Shown here: piece by piece, positions 12,391 through 26,310 of the stretch
Layout of the letters: the number at the start of each line of letters is the position of its first letter
How positions within the stretch are numbered: position 1 is the stretch's first letter
From: Podarcis tiliguerta
Lineage: Eukaryota
Assembly (NCBI GenBank): GCA_965153285.1
Contig: OZ229110.1
Reading direction: 5' to 3' (one strand)
DNA length: 64,000 nt
Made by a program: the position numbers and the translations under genes
Notes under the pieces: model-generated
Databases searched by the model: none
Seen by the model: the letters and a program-made list of their open reading frames with translations, nothing else
Told to the model about the DNA's origin: nothing

Positions 12391-12562
12391 TATTGCCATT
12401 TCAGAGAATCATAGAGTAGTTGATGGTAACAACCTGTCCCCATTGTTCACTTTATCTGCCTAACCTGGGTTGCCAAGGGCTCATCCCACCCATCCAACAC
12501 AAGGGACACAAAGGCCAGTTCAAAGTGAGACTGCCCTGGCCCTCAATTTTCCCATTGCACTG

Positions 12563-12886
12563 ACCTGGATCACATGACATGTTAAGTTAAACTATGGCTT
12601 AGTGAGACCATGCAAATGTGTATGCCTCCAGTGAGGAGCTTAGACACTTTGTTCTTCCCTGGTCCTTTTTTTACTGTTGCAAGCCTAATTCTTGGCTACA
12701 TACCATGGTTAGTGGGGAGACAGCTTAGCCCCAAGGCCTAGTTGGGATTGCACACTATGCCAAACCTTGACTTAGATCTACAAAGCACTATAGTAAAAAT
12801 GGCTGAGAGCTCCTCTCCGAGATCCCACATGTTTGAGCAGTCTTACTAAGCCATAGCTTGCTTTACCATGCTGTGCAAACCAGTTC
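12563..12886. mobile_element. Old palindromic MITE (possibly PIF/Harbinger-like)
   Basis: Long imperfect inverted arms (actatggcttagt ... actaagccatagc); a related palindromic structure lies at ~45400-45600. Confidence 0.45.
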
Positions 12887-14960
12887 ACTGTGACTAGAGC
12901 TTTTGGCAAGAAACAGGCACTGAATGCTCAGCATTACCAAAGAACACGACCCGTTAACATAATAGCAGCTAGCCTTTCCTTCTGATTCTAAGTTAACTTT
13001 CATTGAAGAACCTTAGAATAGATCAGGTCAATGTTCCATCTAGTCCAGCATCCTATTCTCCCACTGGCCAACCAGATGCCTATGGGGAACCTGAAAGCAC
13101 TGAGCTATAACGAGAACTATAAGCTGTCTCCCGCATAACAAAAACAATGCCCTACTTTCAATGTCACAAAGGTTCCAGGTGGAATTCAACATTGTGCTCT
13201 TCCGATTGTTCCATCTGCATAAGCATTCTTACTTGGTAGACAGAACAATTCCTCCTCTCTCCTCCCCCCCCTATGGTTCTAGGGATTCTCCTGATGCCCT
13301 CAAAGCCAAATTCAGGGACATAGGGGTTGTGTAGTGGGGAGAGAAGAGGGAAAGCCTTGTTCTGCAAGTGAAAGTCCTTGAGAAGTCCTTGAGAAGGCAA
13401 TACCAGAAACATACTTACTGAGCAGGAAGATGGGATATACATGGAATGTCAAGTGTCTTATTGTCAGTTTTTCCTCTTATTAGTCATGTGCTCACTCACA
13501 GGACAATTAGTGTTCTATTTCCACACATGGAAGTTATTACCCTGAAATTACAGCAGTTACTACCACCAGTGAAACTGTATGGCTTCAAACCATGAGAGTG
13601 TGCTTGGCAATACAAACCATTTTAAAGTTTAGTGTCACTGCTGCTAATTTATTATTATTATTATTATCATCATCATCATCTTGCCCTTCACCCTAAAGTC
13701 CCAGGGTGCATGGCAACAATTAAAACACAATGTTAAGAACAGTTTTAAACAACTTACAATCACAAAAGTAAGGTGGGTACAGCTCAAGTGTCAAAAGCCA
13801 GGATCATGTAGTAATAGTGGTCATGTAAACAGTTATGATGAATTAATGACACCAGAAGCCAGGGCTGGCTCTATCATGAGGCAGAGTGAAGCAACTGCCT
13901 CAGATGGCAGATCCCGAGGAGCAACACACCTCCTGTGTCAAATAAGCTAGCCTACTCTGCACCTCCTAAGGTAGTCTGCTGCCCTCAGATACAGTGGAAT
14001 ATATTGTCCCATTAGCAGTGTCAGAGTAAGATTCAACTGCCAGTCCAGGCAGATTGTGGGTGTGGAATTGGGCAGAAGGACCATCTTGTCCTTCATCTCA
14101 GGCAGCAAAATGTACGGTACTGGCCCTGCTAGAAGAATTCTGTCATAACCACTGTCAAAAGACAACTGGGCCATACTATTGCAAACTACCTCAGGACAAA
14201 CATGAAAACACATTAACAATTTGGAGTAGGATTTTCATCTCCATTAATACCAGCACAGAAAATGGCTTTATTTCACACTGACAGCAACAACTTGAATGTA
14301 GTCACTTGTCACTCTAAAAGCACAAATAGGGTTCAGTAGGGACAGCAGTTTTGCTGTTGTTCACAAATGAGCACTTAAATTATTGAAATATTCTTTTGTA
14401 GCAATCAGTTATTTTTCTATAATTACTATAATAAATGTTTGCATTTATGCTGCAGAGCAAAATACAAAGTCATAAAATTAATAAACAGAGGTATGTATAG
14501 TCTATCTATCTCCTTCATGGGCTGGTGCTTTTAACTATTCTAGGGCAAGGGTTTCAAGTATATTTCACTTTGGGTATATCAGTCAAAAAAGCTAAAATGC
14601 AGCACTTAGGATGGCTCTCAGTGACAGCTTTTAACATGAAGTATCAATAAAAAAGACCATAAATATATATGAAAAGGTCAAAAAGAATAGGCCTTGTTTT
14701 CTTGCAGCATCAGCAATCCTCCACAAGTAAATTCAATAAAATCCCCATACTATCTACTTCTGGAGTAGTTCTATTGTCTTCAGTGGAAAACCTCCAAGAC
14801 ATGCAGTTTTTATTCCACAGTTTCATTGCCTTTACAATTGCCTAATTGGTAGCCACACCATAAAAACAATGACTTTTTTCATAACAGTACATAGTCCTGA
14901 TGAACTATCAATACCTTTCTATGGAAACAATTGCGAAGGCCTTGGTTTAAGTGGTACATA

Positions 14961-15125
14961 CCATATTTTTCCGTCTATAAGATGTCCCCATGCATAAGAC
15001 GCCCCCTATTTTGGGGACTCAGATTTAAGAAAATGGGGGCAGATGGCCCAGAGTATAAGACACCCCCTAATTTTTGACATTATTTTTTAGGGAGGGAACC
15101 TAGTCTTATACATGGAAAAATACAG
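14961..15125. mobile_element. pogo/Tigger-like MITE
   Basis: TIRs CCATATTTTTCCGTCTATAAGA / TCTTATACATGGAAAAATACAG with TA target duplication; internal ataagac.ccccc repeats. Confidence 0.85.
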
Positions 15126-18100
15126 TAATTACTAAGAACACCATGCATGCTAGGTTTTATATATCACATAATTTATTTAATATGCTACATTTGCAAAGTA
15201 AGTTAAGACATCAGCATGCAAGAAATGAAGAGATCTGGCAATTCTGAAAGGCACTGGATGGCTATGACCTATCAAACACAGAAGAATTTGGTTCTGAGTA
15301 AATAATAACAATAGGATTATGCTGAAAAGCTACAGCACACTTGGTAGTAAATCCCACTAAATTCAGCACAATTTGTTTCTGTAAATAACCCTTCCACAGT
15401 TCTGCCAAGCTAGATTATGAGAAGAACTGAATAGAAGAGTACCAGATAGGTCCTTGAGGGTGAGAGGCAACATGTAAGGCCTAACTAGTAAACCATAACA
15501 ATAAGTCTTTAAAAGCACTACCAGTGTTGCAAAGTCTTTAAGTAATCATGAGCTGGATTCTGCTAGCTTTGTGAAACAAGGGAAGATGCCTTCCTTCACA
15601 TCTTGCTTTTCTGAAGGAATCTTGGCAATGCAGGACACAAGGCCTCCTCACCTAAGGGAGGCATCTTGGCAAGCTTTTGGGCACAGTTTCATGATATCCC
15701 TAGCAGAGATGCAGATTGCAGTTTAAGGGCCAAGGGGGGAAAAGCCATTCTGGATGGTGAGGGATTCCCTTCAAATATGAGAATTGGGAAATGAAGCCTA
15801 CATTCTGCAATAACCTACTTTGATGTCATGCCAGCACTATGCAAAAGCCTTTTTTTAATTTTCTCAGGCATGTTAATTTGTGTGTTTTTATTGTTGATAC
15901 TTGGGTTTTAGCCTGTTCTCTTACTTGCTGTTTGATTTTATTGTTGTTGTTTTATAAAGCTTTTATTATTGTTTATTTGTGCTGTGTTTTTTATATTTTA
16001 CTGGAAGCTGTAAGATTGTTTTTGAAGGATGACGTATAAATACTTAAAAATAAATAAACAGATGAATGCTTTAGATTTATTGGAGAAATAACAAGGTGAT
16101 TACATAATATCAAATCTCTCTAGGAAGCTAGTAATAAATATGGTGTAAGTAAGGGCAGATGCCATGTTGGACCAAGAAAGCAAAACACATGAAAGAGATG
16201 AGAGACTTCTAGAAAGTCAAAGTACAGCATTTGTCCATCATGCTTCCACTGCATGTCAGTGAGCATGGAATCAAAGGCAGTCATCCGAGTAAATAGCACC
16301 CCTTCCAAGTTTACCCCACTTCTCCTCAGAACCCTTTGACCTTTTTCTGTAACTGCTCACATCCATTTTCATTCAGTTTTGTCCTGCAATGGACAGAGCT
16401 TTGCTGTACATGCATAGCTACTGTACTGATGCCTATACATATGTGGTTAAACCAATATCATTTCACGTTCTGCCATTTTAAAATAAATGCATAAATAAAT
16501 AAAAATCTCTCAGTATCTTTGTGGATGCTCTTGTATATATATCGGCACCTGAACACCATTTATCCTTCCTTGTTTTATGGATTACCATATAGAAACTGTA
16601 TGATTTTTATTGTTTCATTTATACTGTGTCCTGCCTTAGGTGCACAATGTGATAAAAAACAATTAACAAAATCTATAGATAAGTAACCTGAGTGCCTTCC
16701 TGAAATGCCGCTTTTGTGCAAACTGGAGCATTTCAGGAATGCGGTGGCACAGCACAGTGCCACTGCCACTTACCTGGGTGGTACCAGGCAGGGCAGGATA
16801 GTAGTGAGGTCAGGGCTTCGCAGGCACACTGGTGCAGTGCTAAAGGGCTTCACACAGCCCTAAACTCATCTTGCCCTGCCTCAACCCCACAATAGCCACA
16901 TAAGTGGCAGTGACACAGCAGTACCCCACTACCTCAGCAACACCTTGGTGCCATGACACACCCCAGTATTTCAAAAGCAGAAAAACCACAGTATGTTGAT
17001 GAAACATGTATACAGACTGATTTACAGAGGAGCTGTGGGGGAAAAGAAAAACCTCTCAGACTATGCCTAGAAATAATGGGACAAATTGAAGCAATCATGG
17101 GACAAATGGGAGTGTGGATGAGCCCTTAGTCAGAAGACTGGGTAGTATATTTGCTCCAGGTTTTGCACACTGCCACACACAGCTGACTGCCAACCTCACC
17201 CACTTTCGCCAAGAGAAGTAGCATACTACTGAAAATATGCAACCAAGATAGGGTAGGATTATCCCACCCTAAATGCAAAATGGAGCTTTGATAAAGTACA
17301 GCTAGATTTTTATTTTACATGTGTTGCTCATTGAGTGACATTTATATGTAGCTTCTGTAAAATGCTTTTTCTATTAAGCTGTAAAATGTAAATTTGGACC
17401 TCAACTGTACAGAACAGAAAGTCTCAGGAAATGGTATAACAACTTCTTTCATTCTGCTTACTTTCGATGAAGGTAGGATTGATTGACAATCTTTATTACT
17501 CAACAGCAGTTGTTCAGTGGCCTAAGGGAAATAAGCCTGAGCTCAGTTCCAAGTAGACAACTGTCCAAATTACAGTATAGCATAATCACAGTTAAACCTT
17601 TCTTGACAAGTCCCACCAGTGGGGCCAAGAGCCTATAAAGCAGAATAACGCGCTATGCTTTGAACTGATATTCTTAGGTCAAGTTTATTTACTTTCTTTT
17701 CACACTAATATTCCACCATTCTCCAAGGAGTTCAAATCCTCATACAACAGCAACTTCCCAACAACCCTGTGTGGTAGGTTGAACCAAGTTGTCTCTCTTC
17801 TGAGCAGGGATTTGAACAAGGGTCCACAGGTTTGCATAAAGTGTAAGCCAATTCATGTTAAATGTTCTTGAGAAAGTCTCTCAATACTGGAGTGCTTTCT
17901 GGAGTAGAAAGTCCTTGAACTAAATGTATAGGAATGTAAAGGTAAGATAACCCCCTTTAAGTTCTTCTAAATCAATTTCATGCCAAAGAGAACCAATATA
18001 TCATGAGATCCTTGGAAGCAACAGGCAGAAATTGCACCAACATTTCTCCATTTTCAGAGTTTCATTCTACCTTGGCTGAAGTATCCAGAGATGAGCCTGG

Positions 18101-18683
18101 CACAAGGGTTCCACTAAGGACATCTTTGTATTCAATCAATGTGAACCAACTATGCAGCAAGATGGTAGGCAGAGTGGGCAGGCTGGTTCTTTGCCTTCAC
18201 ACTCTGTCCCGACTATAATATTGCTGATTACTGTTAATATTACTGAAGCATAAAGGGCATGCATTGAGCAGTACTTCAAGCACAATTTCAGAAATATGAA
18301 CGTTCCCTTTCATGCAAGGGTGGGGGACCCCTGCATCTGGAATAGGATAGGCAGAGGTGTCATGGCAGAAAATTGACACATAAGTCAAGTTATTTGTCAC
18401 TATCAACATGTGTTATTTGTGCCAATTCCCATTCACTGGAAATATCACCATTGATGCTCAACAAAGTGTTCACCTGCACACAGGGAAGATACCATGTATG
18501 GTATATTTGAGATGTGAATTTCTTCCTTTGAATTGCTCGCTGGCAATGCAAAGGATCTTTCTCATCAAATGAGCTGCTCCTTCAAAGGAAAAATGTTCCT
18601 CTGCATCATCTGATGTCATTGTGACATCAGATGATTGACAGTGCGGGCAGCTAGCTACAAACACAATTGAGGATTATACTTTA

Positions 18684-18765
18684 TGCATCTGATGAAGTGA
18701 ATTCAAACCCAGAAAATCTTATGCCATAATAAATTTGTAAGTCTTTAAGGTTCCACAAGACCTTT
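18684..18765 (+). mobile_element. Penelope-like element terminal remnant with a decayed hammerhead ribozyme motif
   Basis: tgcat-CTGATGA-agtgaattcaaaccca-GAAA-atcttatgc followed by aataaatttgtaagtctttaaggttccacaagac; related remnants at 8940-8990 and 59255-59390. Confidence 0.65.
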
Positions 18766-19271
18766 CATGGTTTTTGATCCAGCAAATCGCAGTCTTTGAC
18801 TAAGTCCCAATTCAATCAGTGGGACTTAGGTTACTCACAATCGACAGAAATCCGATTGATTTCAATGAGACTTAATCAAGATTACAAATGCAAGGCTCAT
18901 ATCAATGCAGTTATGAGCATGTTTTCTTAGAACTAAATCTTACTCTCTTTGCCATGGCTTACACACTAGCAGCGCTGGCCCAATACATTTTGTTGCTTGA
19001 GGCAGAACACAGAATGACACCTCCACACACACATCAAGGTACATAGTACTAAAGGCTGGTCAAGTTATTTTGACACCTCAGCCAATACATCCCCAAAGCA
19101 TCTCTCCCTGCATGGAAAAATACAATTTGCTGTCCTTTCATGACATCTAACATCTTTCAGCTGCCTGGGGTGACCACATCACTCTGTCTAATGGTAGGGC
19201 TGTTCCTGCTCACAGGTGGCAGTATGCAGAATTCCATTACTTTCCTTTCCAAGTAGTTGTGCATGGGATGG

Positions 19272-19568
19272 CAACACAAGAACAAGCTTTTTCTGCAGTG
19301 GCTCCCCATTTGTGGAATGTTTTCCTCAAGGAGGTTCACCTGGCACCTAAAGATATATAATAAAGGCGCCAGGTGAAAACGTTCCTCTTCAACCAGGCCT
19401 TTGGCTAATTAGTATTCTATAGGCTTTTAAATGTGTTTGTGGGAGGGGGGGTGTTGTTTTGGTTTTAACTATTTATTTGTGCTTTTGCCTTGCATTTTTA
19501 TCTTGTGAACAGCCCTGAGATCTTGTGATGAAGGGCGGTATACAAATTTAATTATTTATAATAATAAT
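19272..19568 (+). mobile_element. L2 LINE 3' fragment
   Basis: QAFSAVAPHLWNVFLKEVHLAP...RRQVKTFLFNQAFG, then 3' UTR gaagggcggtatacaaat and an (AAT)n tail. Confidence 0.75.
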
Positions 19569-22500
19569 CCAAAACATGCCTGTGAGAGAGTAAGTCCAAC
19601 TAAATTCAGTGGTGCTTACTTCTGAGTAAATGTGCATGAGAGCAGACTGCCTGTCACACAGTCTCTGATTGGCTGGATTGTGTCCTGCATTTATAGGCAT
19701 GTATGGCAAGAATTCAAAAAAATCCTTCTTAACCACTAAATTGAACAGTGAACACTGTTTTATTACCACATGCATTCACTTGAGTGTGCTTGTAGGACAT
19801 TAATTTCACACATGGCTGGGCATAAATACAAACCTGGTTTCCAATTCACCCTTACAAAAGATGTGTCAATTAAAAAAAGAAAGAAAAAGTTTCAGTCTTG
19901 AGTAAGAGGGCAAAAAACCTCAGTTTGCAGATATACTGAACGAACTGCATCAAGTCTACCAATTGTGTAATTAATTGGTTTTAAAAGATACACAATGATC
20001 AGGAAAATAACATGTATCTTAGGGTGGACACGTGAAAGCAACCTAAAGAAATCTTAGAGATTAGTGGCCTAAAAGTGATAGAGATGCTGCCTTTCTAACA
20101 AGGCTATGGATACTTCAAGACTACTGCTATTTTGTGGGCGGAGTTCAATTGTGTGCTGGTAAAGTCAAGTTAGGTTATTAAAGTGGATTTGGTGCTCTTG
20201 CAAAACATACTTCTGCTGCTGCTTCTTTGAAATGGCTTTTGTGACAAGGGAAATGGTGAGGAAATGCACTGACAAGTTTGGGATAGAAACTGTTTGAAGC
20301 AATGTCACATAACTTCCCTACAATAAAGCAGGATGAATGCTCAATAAACAACCAACATTGTATAAATTCCCAATAAACTTTGGGGATTGTAGCCTATTAA
20401 ATTTTACTACAGTAGACCCATTGTAATAAATGGACCTAAGTTAGTTGTGTTTATTAATTCCAATAGACTTACTCTAAGTATGACTAACACTGGATAAAAC
20501 CCTGTGCAAACGATGGACGAATCCTCAGTAAACAGGTCATCCAGGAGTGACTTATGTGCTGCAGTTAGTTTCGAAAACCCAGCACATCTTCAGATTTGCT
20601 GAAGTACAGGTGGTAAGATTTTGCCATTGCTCCCCTCCGAAAATGCTTTGTCTGATGCATTTAAGATAGCTGCATTAAAAATGACTTGAAAACTTGTAAA
20701 ATTCATTGTCAACAATGTGGTTTCACTGAACCAGAACAGTGCAACACTTATTTGTTTTGCTATTTGAAAATCCACAGCAGATACTGTCTGACACCTACAG
20801 GCTACCCAATGTGGGCAAAATAAATTTAGGCAGAGTGGAAATGTTCCCAGAAATCAACATTCTCAGTTAATTGTAATTCTTACAGTGGTGACTAGCACAC
20901 TGATATGTCAGTGCTCCAGACACCTGCAAGCTAGACTACAATAATGATTTAAATACTAATTAATGCTGCTCTAAACATACTACTAAAGTCAGCACAAGAG
21001 AAAGAAAGATAACCATACAAAATTTGGAATGGTAGATTCAAGTCTCCAAGATAAAGGTACTGCTTCAATTACATCTACCTTGTTTTGCTGCCATAGTTGC
21101 AGCTAACATCCTTAAGGAAGCTATTTGAAAGTGCCCTCAAAAGAGGATGTCCATTATTAGTTAGATTTCCCTCTTACACACACACAATTTTTCAATTTCC
21201 GTCAAATTTCCATAGACCTCCTCTTCCAAACAACCACCTGCTTAGCTGCTACATATCTCTGCATCCTTACTCTAAAAAGAAACTTGTGCAACAATTAAAA
21301 TTAGAAAGTTTTAAAAAATACAAATCTTTAATATTCTGGACATTACATGCTAGGGATTAGTCTCTTTAACAACATGCCTACAAAGAGAGAGAAAACCAGA
21401 GGGGGAAATCTAGAAGGTGATAGGGCTTTGCTGAATGACTAGATTATCCTTTTGTAACCTTGTACTAGTCTCAGTTGACAAGTCCAGAAAAATCTAATAC
21501 TGCATAAGGAAAATAAATATGGGTCAGGTGTATTATAACAGTTTAAATTACAGGTCAGTGTAGGTGGGACAGATTAAAATGTTCCATGGAGCCTAAATTA
21601 AGGCTGATTCTAGATAGGGGCTTAATTTGTTACTAAAATATCACAAATGGATCATTAACACTTATTAAAAATTATTGGTTTTCTTCAGAAAGAGTAAGTG
21701 CATATTAAATGGGGCAAAAAATATAGGCTGGGATTTTGATGCCAATGACATCATGTGGACACTACAAAAATGTTCCCATAAAAAACACCTCCTGGAGCCC
21801 CCCCCCCAAGGATGTTTTTTGCTTCCCACTATAAACCATAGTTGTCCCCAACTATGACTAGAAAGCAATGCTATACAGTATAGGGCTCAGCTGAAATATA
21901 TTTTGCAAGCATTTTGCAGCTCCCCCCAAACACCCTGTGTCTTCAGTGAAGATGGGGAAGAGGGATTTTAAAGGATGTGGAATCATGGAAGCATTCCTAT
22001 AACCAACACTTCCTGACTTGCCATGCTGCAATAAAACCATCATAGCCGGAAAGACAAGCGTAACTGTGTTGCCAAGACAACTGGGGACAATACTCTGCGT
22101 CTTACTGCACTGCTATGCTACCCTATGGTGGTTCCACAGCAGCACAGATATACAGGGAGCGTCACTCCAGTTCCTTAGCAACAAGGATACACCCCTTCAC
22201 AGCAGTCTGAGCTTGATTGGCCTTAGTGACATCACCACATAACCAAATCTCACTGGTTATGGACTGCTGTTATGTCACTGCATTCTGTAAATGAGTCCTG
22301 ACTGGTTGACAGAACACCTGGGGAAGAAACAGTAGCAGAGCAGGACGTTTAGAAGGTTTCAGACAATAGAAAGTCCTCTCCTTTGGGGGTGAAATTTCAG
22401 CACAGTCTTGGTATTACAAAAGTGTAGAACAGTTTAAGGGAAAAAAATTATGAGCAAATAATATTTTAACCATGCATTTGAATAAATGAAAATGAATGCC

Positions 22501-23649
22501 ACATTCTGATTCTAACTTTTGGAGCAATGAGTGAAGTAAGTCTTATGTAAACATACAAAGGAGTGGGTTGAAAGAGATTTCATTTTAGAACTAATTCAGT
22601 AAGAGGAAGGAAGAGCTACTATTTGAAAATTCAGCACTAGCAAATTGGGACAAACTCCCTAAAGTATAGAACAAGCCACCTTGAGCTTTGAAAGGGCAAT
22701 AGGTGCAGAGTAGAATCTATTAACATGCTTCTGCAGTGGAAAGGCTAGAAATTGTTAGATGAAGGGGAGGGTGAATACATTTGTCACCACATTGCTTACT
22801 CCATTCTTACTTTTTATTATCAATTTCCCCAGAAGGTCAGCCTGGTGCCTATAGTAGAAAATCGCATAAATTTATTGGCCTAGTGCCAATGGAGTTAATG
22901 TTGCTAAGCTTATAATTTATTTTCAAAATCTAAACCGACAACGCAAAAAAAATGCAAGTTAAACCGGCAGGAATCTTTGCAAATAATCACTGTGCATTAG
23001 TTATATATGGAATTTTACATGGGGCCACTGCCTGGGGAACTATCAGCAGAAGCTTTAGATCTAGTGATGGCCCATTCTTATACAAGATGTGTAGAAGAGA
23101 GAATATCAACAGCTGCAGCTCGTCTCACCCCTACATTGCAAGCCCCCCTCTTCTAAAAGTCTTTATCCTGCCTTTCTCTCCCAACAATGGTGCCTCTCCT
23201 CAAGGCAGGGATATAAAAGTACAAAAGCCCTATCTACTTTTATATAAGCCTATGTTCCTCACCGGAAGGCCCTTGTGGTGGTGGCAAGCTACACATTGTG
23301 AGCTCAAATTATTAGTTGAATGGGTGAGGGGAAAATGCTGCTGCCCCACCAAAAAAAATAGTGTCTCCAGTCAGACCACTTGCCCCCACATTTTCCTTTT
23401 GGAGGAAGCCCAGCAAACAACCTAATGAAATGGGCAAGAACAGGTAGAATTTATATAGCAAGGAAGGAAGGGAAGAAAAGGAAAAAAAGAGAACTATATC
23501 CAACACAAATAGAAGGGGGTGGACTTTAGTAAGTGATCCACCGATTAGTAAGCAATTGGAGTCTCTCAGCACTGCCTCTTGCTACTCAAGCCCTGTAGTG
23601 GGATGCAGCTCAATCTATGCTACTCGAAGTCTGCGGACCTGTTTCAATC

Positions 23650-23783
23650 ACATGTAGCCAATGCAGTGTCCTTCATGTTGGACTACAACTCCCATTAGCC
23701 TCCAGTCAATAAAGCCAATTGGTCAGGGATTATAGGAGTTGTAGTTTACAATACCTTGAGGACATCACATTGGCTTCCTTTGG
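23650..23783. mobile_element. Palindromic hAT-type MITE (~135 bp family)
   Basis: ggactacaactccc...ggagttgtagt palindrome with gtagccaatg/cattggcttc ends; further copies at 44335-44462 and 54930-55066. Confidence 0.65.
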
Positions 23784-25201
23784 TTTAGAGAATACTGAGT
23801 TAGACAGCCCGTCTCATTTTAAGATCACTTCCTATGTTCTCACACTAGGCCTTTATGCAGATGTATAGAGGGAATTGTAAAATTCATGGCAGATCCCACA
23901 ATCTACTCAGGAGTTTTGGTACAACATAAATTCAGATTCTATAATGCTCTCCAGTGACTTGATGGAAACTTTTCAGGGAGCGAGATGAATTAATGAGTGC
24001 TATTCATTCCCATTATCAATCCTTATGCCTCCTTTTAAGCATTTTATTTTTTTAAAAAGCTTTATTCAGTAACGTAAGGGTGCTTTTTTTGTTTACTTGT
24101 ACAACAGCAAATAACCACTTCTAAAATCAGCAGTCTGTAGTTACTGCGCCTTTTCTAAAGGCTAGGATATATAAAGGAGGTGATTATATAAATAGGACCA
24201 ATATAGGTTGCTGAAGAAGGGTGCAAGCTTTGCTGATTTTACAGAGCTTTCAGTTTCAAAACACAGCATAATGTCATAAACTTTGTTTTCATTCCACTCT
24301 GTCCAAGCAAGCAGGTTTTGTAAAAGACTAAAGTTTGTAGCCATGAATGTGGGATTCATTTAGTTCAGCCAAAACATGTTGAACAAATAACTCCTACTCT
24401 GGAAATTATTTTTTAACGTGAGTAGCCTATTAAGATTCTACATCCATGCCTAAATACAGGGGAATGTCAGTACTTTACCACATATGCATTTCTAGATAAG
24501 TAATGATGCCTGTTTAAACACTAATAGGAGTCCATGGAACTGCTGTTAAGTCTATACACACCTTTCTGTTTTAACTCAAACATTAAACTTGCTATCCACT
24601 CTCCTAAGAATTACCTTCTGACAGCCTGATCTGGTCCCTCCTCTCAGATCTGGCTATTTGGTTTGGAACTTCTCATTTAGATTATTGCAATGCACTCCAC
24701 TTAAAAATGAATTGGAAGAATACTGTAGATGGTTAATAGGTACAGCTTTCCCTATCATTGCATCTCCATGCTGGGGGAAAGCAGGACCAGTTGAATTTCT
24801 GCCTGTATGATTAATTTGTTAAATCATTCAAGACAAAAACAGCCTTCATGATGTAATCAGCTTTGGTCAGGGACTGCTACTTCAGTAATTAGAGCCAATT
24901 AATTCATTGCTGTGCAAATGAAGAACACCTTCCAACAGAATCTAAACAGCACAAGATCTTCACAGGATATACCTAATAACTTGGAATGTGGCTTTTGGCT
25001 CCAATGACAACAAATCTGAAAGAAAAGCAGAAATCTGGCTGAACATGACCAGGAACATATGCTCATTGGATAAGAGCTATTCAGCATGAGGACATTATAA
25101 CTTGATTGCCAAATTAGTAAATGTGAAGCTTCAAGCAAGTTACTAGGGTCCAAAACACCTTTTTGAGCAAAAGAAGAACTTACCTTGCTAAATACTCTCT
25201 A

Positions 25202-25204
<3 letters not shown>

Positions 25205-25247
<43 letters not shown>

Positions 25248-25260
25248 ATATATATATATA
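25205..25260. repeat. (GT)19 microsatellite followed by (TA)n
   Basis: Read directly from the sequence. Confidence 0.95.
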
Positions 25261-26110
25261 ATTTGAATTTGCCATGTTCTCTAAAAATATTCTTTCAGTT
25301 AGGTTGAGCTGCCAGGCTACAACCAAGTGAAAGCTCATTTACCTCAATGAGATTTACCTCAAAATCTCTTGGTACACTGGGAGACAAGGCAGCTGTGGCT
25401 TCTCCCACCCCAGTCCTTCATCAGTCCTATCATCTCAATCCCTTCACCCGATCTGACTCCAGGTGCGCTTCAAAGGAGGTAGGGGGAAGGGGAAAATGAT
25501 ATAGGATGGGAACAGGCAGCAGAAGTCATGGCTGCCTTGGGAGATTTAAAGTTATAAGAACGTTATTCAGGTTTGAACGCAGCAATCTTACAATCAGATG
25601 AACAGCCTGTTCAGCACTCGGAAAAAGGGCAATGCCGTGAGGCAGAGAACTACAGCTAGTTTATACATCTTTTTATGTAACTTGATTAAATTAGTAAGGC
25701 CCAGGTGGATTCTAGGACTAAAACTACCTGATATGAAACATTACCCATGCAACTTCCAATTAAACACCTGCCTAAGCAATTTTTACCATTATTTGTAGAT
25801 GCTCATCAGTTTGCCAAGTGTTAATGTACAGTAGTAAAAATGATTACTTTGTAAAAGCCAATGCTACTTTTTTAAAAATAAAAAGGTTGTTTTGAGTGTG
25901 TGTTAATTATCCACTAAAATTATACGAATGGCTGGCCAGATTAGCAGGTTTGACCACATAACTGAGGGTTATTTCCTTCTTATTTTGACTTACATGGGAG
26001 AAAATACCATGAAGTGCAATGGAGCTTACTTTCGAGTAGACCTGCACAGGACTGCACTGTTAAGAGTCTGGTCACTTTATCACTTATCAACTCACTGCCC
26101 AGTGGACAAA

Positions 26111-26310
26111 GGGGCTGTAGCTCAATAAGAGACTATCTGCTTTGCTAGCAGAAGGTCCTGCATTCAATCCCTGGCAGTTCCTCCAATTAAAAAAATAACT
26201 AGGTGGCAGGTGATGTGACAGACTTCCGCCACCCACAGTAGACAAAACTGGGCTAGTGATGAACAAATAATCAGATCTGGTAGAATATAAAACAGCTTAT
26301 GTTTCTATGT
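26111..26310 (+). mobile_element. Squam3-like tRNA-derived SINE
   Basis: ggggctgtagctcaataagag...ctgctttgc..gcagaaggtcc...ttcaatccctggca tRNA-like head and typical body/tail. Confidence 0.7.

Noticed and set aside
22952-23425. 157-aa intergenic ORF
   Set aside because: No recognisable homology, domain or supporting splice structure; length is compatible with chance. The same applies to 30761-31213 and 55555-56004.
26111-26185. tRNA-like sequence
   Set aside because: Degenerate SINE head with no intact cloverleaf, followed by a SINE body.
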